Source: Hyalangium minutum (GTDB lineage: Bacteria; Myxococcota; Myxococcia; Myxococcales; Myxococcaceae). Taken from it: 248,000 nt of DNA. This document shows, piece after piece, positions 18,501-26,300 of this stretch (position 1 is its first letter; each line of letters opens with the position of its first letter). The stretch spans positions 20,001 to 268,000 of the forward strand of contig NZ_JMCB01000006.1 of assembly GCF_000737315.1 (NCBI RefSeq), read 5' to 3'. The translations under genes were made by a program, and so were the position numbers. Under the pieces are notes generated by a model. That model did no database searches. It saw only the letters and a list, made by a program, of their open reading frames with translations, and was not told the DNA's origin.

Positions 18501-20979
18501 GCGCGCTGTCGCGGGGATAGGTCCCCGCCACCCGCGCGTAGAGCTCCACGGGCCCCTCGGTTCGCACCCAGTCGAAGGCCGCCGTCACCTCTCCTTGCGC
18601 AGGCACCTGGATGGGGGCCTCGCCCAGGAGGCGGCCGAGATGGGAGAGCGGAGACCCCTGCCACCACTGCAAGACAGCCCGCCCCTCGGTGGTGGAGACA
18701 TTCCGCACACGCGCGGTGACCACCACCTTCTCTCCTATCTGGGCTCCCAGTGGGGTGAAGTGCATCTCCTTGGCGGCCACCACGAGGTCCGTCGTCGCGC
18801 TGCCCGGTGTGAGCTCCGCGCAGTTGTCGTTCTCGTTCACCTCGGGCACCTGGTTCTGCGGATCCACGCAGGCCCGCAGGGCCACGGGCGTTCCCGCGGG
18901 GGGAACCTGAAAGCTCCCCAGCAGGACGGCGGTGGCGCTGCCATGCCGGGCGACCGCATCCCTCTCGGCCCAGACCGTCCCGTCCGCGACGTTCATCAGC
19001 CGCACCGAGGTGGCCACATCCTGCGCTCCGTCGTTGATGACGGACAGCGAGTACTCCACATAGCGCCCGGGAAGCGCCGAGCTGTTGGAGCTGGAGAGGC
19101 TGCCCGCGACGAGCTCGCTGGCGGCGCTGTCCGACATGACGGTCATGGCCAGCGTCCGCTGGTTGTTCGTCCGATCCGGATCCGACAGCCTTCCATCCGG
19201 GTCCACCGCGAGCGTGTAGGAGGCCGGAACCAGGGAGGACAACGTGAACGACACCGGCACGGTGGTCTGGCCTGGAACGAGCGGGAGTAGCTGCTCGGCG
19301 ATCCGCTCGCCCGAGCGGAAGACCACGACCGGGACCTGGCTGGCCGCCGTGGTGTACGCATTGCGGATGTTCCCCTGGAGGACAAAAGGCTGGCCCGGGA
19401 CGATCTGCCCAGGCGAGGGCACGAAGGACATGGGGGTCGTCACCTGCAGATCCACCGCCGCGCCCGTGCCTCCGTAGTAGAAACGGAAGGCTTGGTTGTT
19501 CTGCTCGTCTGCCTCCGGCAGCGCGCCCGCCGGATCCACCCGTGCATAGAACGCCACGGGCCCCGTGGCCGTGGGCAGGGGTACATCGAAGGTCAACGAC
19601 CCGAGCGCATTGGGCTGGAGCCCCGCCGAGAGCACCTCGCTGCCCAGCAGGGTTCCACCGTTCCCTGGAGCGCCCCGGAAAAGTTCCACCGTTACCGCCT
19701 GGGGCAGCGGAGAGCCCAGGTTGAGCACCACCACCTTCACCAGGAGCCGGCCCGGCGCCCCCGGGTAGAACTGCAGACTTCCTCCCGAGATGGCCAGATC
19801 GTTCTCCACCCGGACCCGCAGCGGAGCCGAGGCCGTGTTGTTGCCCTCGTCGATCTCCAGCACCTGCCCCTCTGGATCCACCTGCGCGATGACCTCGTAG
19901 CTGCCCGCGAGCTGAAGCGTGGGCAGTGTGGCGACGATCGTCGCCTGCGCTCCCGGGGCCAGCGCTGACAACGACACCTGAGCCAAGGTGACCGCGGCAC
20001 CGCCCGCCAAGGGCCGGGCGACGAAGCGCACGGGGATGGCCAGGGCCGGGACACCCGACCGGTTGCGGATGCTCAGGGTTGCCTGGAGGCTCGCGCCCTG
20101 AAGCGGCGTGGGATCCGCCAGCACGAGCTGAGGCCGCCCGCGATCGTCCGTCATCACGTGCCAGTCCGGCGCCGCCTCGCGAAGAACCGACAGGGCACGG
20201 GCCGTGAGACGCGTGCTCCCCTCCCAGCTCCCATCCGCCTGCTGGGCGGCCAGGAGGTAGACCCGTCCCTCCTCCCGCGCCTGCGAGTGCTCGAAGGGAG
20301 CCCCCACCAATCCCTGGAGCGCGGCCACGGTGTCCTCGACTGTGCCGAAGGAGCCGTCAGGCCGCTGCATCGTCATGAGGCACGCGGTGGCCCGGCTCAG
20401 CGCGAGGTTCGCGTCTGGGATCCAGGGGTGGAGGCGCAGCGCGGAGATGGCAGAGGCCGTCAGCGCCGCGGACGCGGCGTTGTCGGCAAAGGCAAAGCAA
20501 CCATCGGGGCGGGCCTTTGCCAGCAATTGCGCCAGCGCGCCTTCAGGCCTCCCGAAGGGGTTGGTGCTCAACTGGGGCGAGAGGATGAGGCTCAGCGCCA
20601 GGTGGAGGGCATCCGGTGCCTCGAACCCCGGCCCCTGGGTCGTGAGCGTTTGTGTGCCCCGGAAGAATGGGGACTGCCGAAGCGCCAGCGCGGTGCGGAT
20701 TTCCAGCTCGGAGTCGAGCAGGAGCGGCTGGAAGGCCAGGTAAATCTCCGCACTCCGGGCTGCATCACTGGCCCCCAGGCCGTGCGCGCGAAGCGCCTCG
20801 AGCGCCTCCGCTGTCACGAGCGTGGGTTCTTCGCTCCTCAGCTCACCGAACGCCCCCGTCGGCCCCTGCATGCTCTGCAGGAACTGCAATCCCTGCGCGA
20901 CAGGTTCCGCGCTCGCAATCCCTGGCATCCACACCAGGGAAAGTCCACCCATCAGAGCCCACACCCATGACAGCCGCAC
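12586..20979 (-). CDS. Giant secreted CARDB/FG-GAP/Ig-like protein with N-terminal prenyltransferase-like alpha/alpha repeats
   Basis: Signal peptide; QRPDGSF and QQADGSW repeats; ExNN CARDB motifs; DLDGDG-type FG-GAP; DxTPPV Ig repeats. Confidence 0.8.
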   Translation of the reverse strand: MRLSWVWALMGGLSLVWMPGIASAEPVAQGLQFLQSMQGPTGAFGELRSEEPTLVTAEALEALRAHGLGASDAARSAEIYLAFQPLLLDSELEIRTALALRQSPFFRGTQTLTTQGPGFEAPDALHLALSLILSPQLSTNPFGRPEGALAQLLAKARPDGCFAFADNAASAALTASAISALRLHPWIPDANLALSRATACLMTMQRPDGSFGTVEDTVAALQGLVGAPFEHSQAREEGRVYLLAAQQADGSWEGSTRLTARALSVLREAAPDWHVMTDDRGRPQLVLADPTPLQGASLQATLSIRNRSGVPALAIPVRFVARPLAGGAAVTLAQVSLSALAPGAQATIVATLPTLQLAGSYEVIAQVDPEGQVLEIDEGNNTASAPLRVRVENDLAISGGSLQFYPGAPGRLLVKVVVLNLGSPLPQAVTVELFRGAPGNGGTLLGSEVLSAGLQPNALGSLTFDVPLPTATGPVAFYARVDPAGALPEADEQNNQAFRFYYGGTGAAVDLQVTTPMSFVPSPGQIVPGQPFVLQGNIRNAYTTAASQVPVVVFRSGERIAEQLLPLVPGQTTVPVSFTLSSLVPASYTLAVDPDGRLSDPDRTNNQRTLAMTVMSDSAASELVAGSLSSSNSSALPGRYVEYSLSVINDGAQDVATSVRLMNVADGTVWAERDAVARHGSATAVLLGSFQVPPAGTPVALRACVDPQNQVPEVNENDNCAELTPGSATTDLVVAAKEMHFTPLGAQIGEKVVVTARVRNVSTTEGRAVLQWWQGSPLSHLGRLLGEAPIQVPAQGEVTAAFDWVRTEGPVELYARVAGTYPRDSAPVNNVAGRHLFLKAIVDTGVAGTYVQGSEIRIAPLLGGTKPDMVLVHRTVTGTVSKEFVSLLQQGTDGSWSKLWSYTPMTTTLDVATADLDGDGTGEIVAYSKDTSNNYELVALRPDGTLKWKRVLAGTSGCSASTVSSYALGLGDLNGDGVGDIVAWTQDLRAFSGVDGTDLWTATVGSATCQLGYTATVLDADGDGQNEVLASKIGLYALVSAQGTVRWQVSQPTGTIGAGVVDLNLDGKAEVIIPRFRNNLVARDLITGQQVQTGTPFEAREYFLSAGALRQDGLAYVTLANNGGTSITGAFTPDLLPLWSQELFCTVCATGGGRSGVDAFNGVLADVLGQGRPQAIFAGLLTPPVIQDGRTGELLETFPAQMQPETGANYSFPEHTPVVVDIDADGHADIAMPFIEGTAPPTQLRDHPQYGRGEVLIFSSVHWKKQPALWPTRSIRKGQVGADLRLGSDYRWWTTHNTWNQQFDVEPATLMADLSVRNADITVSPQSPTVGGIQTVTVTLRNVGGVAASGVHVALYDGDPTAGGRHLADVVAAGPLAPRTGVATLSLPWVAYPEGEHVLYVVANADGAIEESGRENNIGSARVYVLPGTQGCDLAVDTAQFSSQPPLPQTGEALTLDVTVRNQGAQACGASTVEAWDGPRGANSPLFGAAALPALQPGAEAHVLVTGIALTGSHGYRVIADPQVVTLDQERLNNEAVFTVESMPAAMPDFTVQAVSASPSPAYAGEAVTVSVTVLNRGSPSPGTLLSIEVPGQPELLLEVPPLLTAESTVLTARITAPQASTLIHAEVDPQGIVTEFSELNNVREVNLPVEDPLLVVSGTASPGVVGPAAPVSFTVLLANQSPRGRTLAWDAAIQGPAGALVATLATSPRLVVGGGAEYQTSLSWNTGAFGPGLYSLRIQVTEGGRPVAVGTVPFTLTAEAVASLGLVTDRESYGPEETVLAQMRVSNTGRNAVLPAGTLQVVFEDVTGTLLASGQWAISELAPGAFHDIAERFSVSPTAQAGSYRVRAELRDAQGTVIASNQVLWKVVIVPARVVTAQLSAASPFPIGPPLQTHVLLTNTSGETVEGLLRVLLLDTPLLGQEATASTQVSLAPGSSQDIVLSLPTSQLDARQKVLVAQLDGQTLDRLVVTAEMPTDQEPPVITISGVTDGQFSPTQVIPEITVTDPYLSSTTITLNGNAFTSGTAVTAEGSYLLEVSAADAFGNQRQRSVSFTIDLTPPVLQLAGVAHGALLNTPVTLSFQAQEQHPGTLVATVDGAPVESGVFVDGEGDHLWTVTAVDLAGNSTTETRAFSLDFTAPQVEITGVAEGQVSAVPLTPSVTVEDAHPGSVVATLDGVPFSLGTAISAEGAHLLAVTAVDGAGNSHSVDIHFSIDQTAPVLSLDGPSHGALLNTPVTLSYSVSEPHPGTVTSLLDGSPLASGTEVNAEGDHLWVVQASDAVGNAVSETRSFSLDFTPPVLGVTGVVNGQYSSVPLTPGVTVQELHPGTLVATLDGVPFTLGTAVSTEGTHLLALRAVDGAGNVAERVIEFTLDFTPPEVWVYWVKDGQYINHEVAPAFDVVDTNLASVSATLDGATFTSGTFVTAEGTHVLVVTAVDLAGNQTVRTVSFTLDFTPPVLSVTGVSEGALGTSFTPVFTATDASPLQPLEGVLDNVLVDSGTPVTALGAHTLRVKAWDMAGNLSSVTVHFTVLQARPRFLFAACALDSLSIQDSAQVVGLSGPASVASHGSVLMGDSSSVSGDVVSGTLTQLGGLASVGGRIYHGGQLVLGTGAQATGGDETVSSPPTPCSCGYDLTRWFQKVGQQNDNALLQADPDISPFLVGGGLEIDQETLTLPSGRFLLDHLVLTGGATLKVASGGSVELFVSGSVSVSNQSTLGAAPGTGASLLLVSSASTGQAVSVLNQSTAAMQIYAPLTHVILGNNTSLRGAVVGRQVTLTNSQTLVLSPGPQTVPAPLSCP

Positions 20980-21138
20980 AGAGATCCCTCGGCATTCCTT
21001 GCCACCCCCCGCGGGAATCCGCGCGGCAGCGCCGACTGTGCAATGTCATACATTTCCTTCTATGAACATGACCTGCCACATCCCGTTTACCGGACTCACA
21101 CTCGCAGCAAGGAACGATTGTCCCTCTGGGCGACCCGC

Positions 21139-23370
21139 CTACTTCGACGACCTGGCAGGTTGCCCATAGGCCTTCTTGAGGATGTCGTCGCTGCTCAAAC
21201 CACTGGCCTTGGCGGCTTCCACATCCAATCCCTCGCCATGGCCCCGGCCCCGGCCCTCGAAGATGAGGTTTGAGCCATCGAAGGAAGCCGTGCGCGGACA
21301 GGCGGGAAGCTTCAGCGCGGAGCGAAGCACCTCACAAGGAAGGGATTCGGTGGTGTCGAAGGTCGCCCCGCTCTCCTGCTGTGCACGGATATAGGAGACG
21401 CGCCCGGCATCGAAGCGCAACGAGGCCACCCCCTGGCCGAGCAGTGACTCCACCTGACTGCGTGGACGCACCTCGCGCCAGGGCTCCTGGCCACCTTGTG
21501 AGAAGAGGAGCCACTGGTTCCACTTCAGCGGCGGCAGGGCCAGCGCCTTCTCCTCTTCCGGCCGCACACGCACCGTGCCGAGGAAGGCCTGGCAATGGGT
21601 GGTGTCGCAGATGGGTCGGCCGCCGTGACGGGTCTCGGCGTGCTGCTCGTTGTGTGCCACGACTCGCGCCAGGGCGATCCGTGGCTCCCCCTTCGAGGCT
21701 GCGTCCTCCGCGGCTACTACGCCCGCTGTGTATTGAAGGCGCGTGGTCCGGAAGATGAAGTCCGAGCCTCGCCTCGCGCTGCGCTCCCGCTCCGTCGTGG
21801 GCACTCCCGGCGGTGGCCGGTATGGCGGAGGAGTGGACCCTGTGAAGCTGCCTGCGTAGTCCCTGCCCTCGGAGGGTAGACCTGGGACGCGAACCCGCCA
21901 CGGGCTGCCCAGACAGACCGCAGGCCCCTTCGCCACGAGCTGCTTCAATTGAGAGAAGCCCTGCGGCGCCGGGCGCGGTGTGCCCTGGTCCACCGCGAAG
22001 CCCACTCCTCTACAGCCCGCCTCCACCTCCGAGGTCGAGGCCAGCCCCAGCACTTGCACCTTCGCTGCGTCCAGGCCTGGACGCTGGCGCACCCGGGCCA
22101 GCACTTTGGGCACCTCGGCCGCGAAGCTGCGGGGCATCTTCCCGGGCCGCATCACCACCGCCACCACGTCCGCATCCACCGCGACGATCCACCCGTACTG
22201 CGGACGGCTCGCCGCGTCCCGCACCGTGCCTGTCTTGGTAGCCACTCCCACGTACGCCGCCGACGCCGGGAGCTCCGACAGCGTCCCACGAGCGGCGTTG
22301 TCCTTCATCCACTCGATCAGATCCGGCCGGGCTTCGGCCAGCAGACGGTACGCCTGCGCCATACCCCACGGAGAGAGCGCCAGCGTGGAACGCAGGCCGA
22401 TGGCGTCTGCCATGTCCGCGGGCTTCCCAGTCAGTCCCACCGCCGTCAGCACCGCGCCCCAGGGTCCAAAGTCTGCCGCAGCGCCGCCTCTCGCTCCCCA
22501 ATCGAGGAAGTAGCCGTTGCACGAGCGCAGCAGCGCCGTGCGCCCGTCCACCTGCTTCGGCAATCCCTGGCCACACGCCCACTCCTGCACGCCCGAGCGG
22601 GGCGTCAGCAGCGGCGGTGGCTCGGAGCTGCCTGCCATCACGAAGGGCTTCAGCGTGGAGCCATAGGGCAACGCGCGCTGCACCTCCCCTTCCGAGAGCA
22701 GCACCTCTCCCGAGTGGCGGCTCAGCACCACGGTGGCCTCGGCCGCCGCCTTCACCGTCACGTCCGCCAGCTCATCAATGGAGACCGGCACCACCCATCG
22801 CGCGCCGTCCTGGCACTGGCGCAGCCGCCGCGAGAGCGCCTGAGGAAAGCCCCGGTCCTCTCCGAGAATCCGCGCCAGCGCCCGTCGGGCCCGCGACGTG
22901 TCCACTGCTGGTGAGCGCGCCAGCTCCGAGGCCGCCACACTCAGCGACTGGTAGGGCCCCTCCCTCCAGATGGGCAGCTCGCCGCTCACCACCAGCGCGA
23001 AGGCCTCGTGGAAGAGCCGATCCTCCGAGGCCGCGGGACAGACCCACCACAGCAGCTGGTGCGCCAGCTCGTGCCGCAGTGCCAAGCGCAGGCGCTCATC
23101 CAGCACGCCCGGCGTGTTCTGCCGCAGCTCCACCAAGCCGGGCTTGCTCTGGGCGTTGCGATCCGCCGCCAGCCCCACGCCGCGCTGGAGGCGGATGGGG
23201 GCCGGGGCCTGCGTGAGAAATCCACCGGCCTCGGCCACGTAGCGCGCCTCCAGCGCCACCCAGGACGCCTCTGCCTCGGCGACCAGGGCGTCCTCGGGCG
23301 TCACGTCTCCCTGTGTGAGGAAGGCCGGGGTGGCCGCCAGCACCGCAGCCGTGATGACAGCCCACCCCAT
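21139..23370 (-). CDS. YfaQ-like protein: HExxH domain + PBP transpeptidase-like domain + SpoIID/LytB domain
   Basis: HELAH, STLK, SCN, KTG, CDTTHCQ, GHGEGL; last gene of the A2M operon. Confidence 0.7.
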   Translation of the reverse strand: MGWAVITAAVLAATPAFLTQGDVTPEDALVAEAEASWVALEARYVAEAGGFLTQAPAPIRLQRGVGLAADRNAQSKPGLVELRQNTPGVLDERLRLALRHELAHQLLWWVCPAASEDRLFHEAFALVVSGELPIWREGPYQSLSVAASELARSPAVDTSRARRALARILGEDRGFPQALSRRLRQCQDGARWVVPVSIDELADVTVKAAAEATVVLSRHSGEVLLSEGEVQRALPYGSTLKPFVMAGSSEPPPLLTPRSGVQEWACGQGLPKQVDGRTALLRSCNGYFLDWGARGGAAADFGPWGAVLTAVGLTGKPADMADAIGLRSTLALSPWGMAQAYRLLAEARPDLIEWMKDNAARGTLSELPASAAYVGVATKTGTVRDAASRPQYGWIVAVDADVVAVVMRPGKMPRSFAAEVPKVLARVRQRPGLDAAKVQVLGLASTSEVEAGCRGVGFAVDQGTPRPAPQGFSQLKQLVAKGPAVCLGSPWRVRVPGLPSEGRDYAGSFTGSTPPPYRPPPGVPTTERERSARRGSDFIFRTTRLQYTAGVVAAEDAASKGEPRIALARVVAHNEQHAETRHGGRPICDTTHCQAFLGTVRVRPEEEKALALPPLKWNQWLLFSQGGQEPWREVRPRSQVESLLGQGVASLRFDAGRVSYIRAQQESGATFDTTESLPCEVLRSALKLPACPRTASFDGSNLIFEGRGRGHGEGLDVEAAKASGLSSDDILKKAYGQPARSSK

Positions 23371-23373
23371 CGG

Positions 23374-26300
23374 CTACCAGTCGCCCCGAGGCTTCTGGGA
23401 CGCCTTCACCGCCAGCACGTCCGACTTCGTCCGGGCGCGCAAGCTGGCCACGTACATGTCCTCGATGGAGGCCGGCGGCGCGGTGAACTTGCCCGCGAAC
23501 TGCGCCCTCATCACGTAGCCCACCGAGCGCGGGCTGTCGCTCCACCGCGCGGGCTCCTCGAAGAAGAACGTGGCTCGCTCCGGCGTCAGCACGCGCCGCT
23601 TGAGCGCCTCGGGCGCCAGGTTCAGCGAGTGCGGTGCCCCGCGGAACTCCTTGTCCTCGATGAGCGGCACGAAGCCTGCCGGCACCGCGTCCTCCACCAC
23701 GTAGTACGCCGAGCGCGCCTTGTTGTCCCCGCGCGCGTCGATGGTCAGCTCGACGAAGACCTCCTCGCCCTGGGCCACCTCCTCGCCCGAGGCCAGCGGC
23801 TGCCTGCCGCTCTCGCGCAGCACCCAGTAGCGGCGCTCGATGCTCATGCCCTGGGAGAGCGGCTGCACGTCCGGCAGCGGCGTTAGCGTCGTGGCGCGCA
23901 GCGTGGCCACGCCCTCGAACGAGGCCACGTTCACCGAGCGCGTGCCCGGCTCCAGTGTGGCCACCAGGCCCATGCCCCGAGGCGAGAACTTCACTGGCCC
24001 CTTGGCTCCCTTCACCTCCGGCGGCGGCAGCTTCTTGAAGGCCTTGGCATCGCGCTCGACGAGCCACAGCGAGTGCAGCAGCGCCGTGCTGCGGTCGAAG
24101 GTGGACAGGTCCGGCTGGCTGAGCAGCTCGAGAAGCCGCCGGCGCGCCTTGTCCACGTCCAGCTTGCCGAACGAGGCCGCGTGCGCCAGCAGCGCCGTGA
24201 GGCCCACGCGCCGCAGCGGGTAGTGGAAGAAGGCCTCGGCGTCGGTCGCGGTGTTCAGGCTCGCCAGCTGGACGAAGCCCTCGTTGCTGGCCTGCACCAG
24301 CGAGTCGATGCGCGCCTGCAGCGCGGGCTCCTTCATCACCCCCGCCTTCTCCGCCGCCAGCACCGAGAGCGCCAGCGGGTACAGGTCGCCCGGCGTCGCC
24401 CGGTCGATGAGGGCGCGCACGCGGTCCGCCTTGCGATCGCCGTACATGCGTGCGAGCACGTAGGCGCGCGTGGCGTCGTACTCGAAGGGCAGGTTCTCCT
24501 GGGCCTCCAGCCAGCGCGCGGCCTCGGTCAGCCGCGTGTCGTTGGCATCCACCAGCCCCGCCTCCGTCGCGTAGGCCAGCCCATCCAGAGCGATGAGCGT
24601 CATCGCCACATCCGGCGTGCTGTACCCGCCGAACCAGGTGAAGCCGCCGCCCTTCACCGCCAGGGCGAGGATGCGCGAGGTGCCCTGCACGGAGCGGCTG
24701 CGCGCCTCGGCCAGCAGGCCCTGGCTCTCGGGGTCCAGCCGGCCCAGCATGTCCACCTTCTTGAGCGTCTGGTACAGCGCCACGTTGGGCACCGTGGTGG
24801 ACACGAGCTGCTCCAGGCAGCCGTACGGGTAGGTGAGCAGCTCGCGCACGTTGGTGAGCGCCGCGTCCACCACCGAGGGCTGGAGCACCAACTGCACGTC
24901 CGTGAGCGTGGCCGAGCTCGCCGCTTGCAGCGACAGCTCGCCGCCGCCCCAGGCGGACACCTTCACCGGCTCCTCCAGGGCCGCGGGCCGCACCGGCACT
25001 GCGCGGCGATCCTTCAGCGGATCCTTGCCGCCCGTTACGTCCACCGACAGCTCGGCCGAGCCCGGACCCGTGGCCTTGATCTGCAGGGGGAGGACCTTCT
25101 CGCCGCCCTGGCCCAGCTCGATCTTCTCCTGCGTCTGGTTGGCTTGGAGCGCGCCCGCGGAGGCCAGCTTCACCTCCAGCACCTGACTGCCCTTGGAGGC
25201 CGCACCCGCGGACAGACGTACCGAGGCGAGCGCCTCGTCCCCCTCGCGGAGGAACTGCGGCAGCGCCGCGTACAGGTTGAGGCCGCCACGGGTGGCGAAC
25301 TCCCCGGTGCCCTCGCCGAAGCGGCCCGAGGTGTCCGCCGCCACCGCCGTCACCACCCAGAGCGTCTGGTTGGAGGGCAGCTTGAAGCGCACCGTGGCGC
25401 GGCCATCGCGGTCCGTGACGACGTTCGGCTGCCAGAAGGCCGTGTCGCGCTCCTCGTCCTTCGCCTTGCGCGTGGGCGGCTTGATGGAGGCGAACGCGTG
25501 GTCCGGCAGCCCGGCCATCTTCCGCGCCAGCGCCTCGCCGTAGCCGTAGCCCTGGAACTCAGCGGAGTAGAAGTTGGACACGTTGTTGCGCGCGGGCGGA
25601 TAGAAGAAGTCCAGCACCTTCGGGCGGAACTCCGTCTGGATGGCGTACACGGCCTTGTCCACCACGCCCACGGACACCTGGGCCACGATGCCGTTGCCCT
25701 CGTGGTCCGTGACGCGCAAGTCCATCACCTGCTCGGTGAGCGGGGCGGCCTCCACGCGGCGAGGCTCCAGCTTCACCGTCAGGGTGCGCTCGGCGGGGAT
25801 GATGCGGAAGGACACCGTGCGCTCCTCCCAGCGGCCCGAGCTCGTCGGGTACGCCACGGACGCGTACACCGCGCTGCCGTAGCGCTTCTCCACCGGGAAG
25901 CTGTGCACCAGCGTGCGGCCCTCGAGCTCCAGCAACTCCGTGCCGTAGAGGCCCGCGCCCGTGAAGGTGATCCACACCGGGCCGCGATCCTTGCCCCCGG
26001 GGCCCCAGCCATCCGGGAACAGGCCCACCAGCTGCCCCGAGTCGCCCGGAGACAGCGTGCCAGAGAGCGAGGCTAGCGTGAGGTTCGCCACGCGCGCCAC
26101 CGGCTCGTCATTGCCGCCGATGACGAGCATGGACTGCTCGCCCGTCCACGCCTTGCCGTTCTTGTCCTTCACCGTCATCCGCGCCAGCACCGTGCCCACC
26201 TCCGAGGTGGGGACCTTCTGGCGGGCGATGCCGTTGGCCTCGGTGGTGAGCGAGTGCTTGCTCAGGCTCTTCTCGCTGCCGTCCGCCTTGCGCAGCACGA

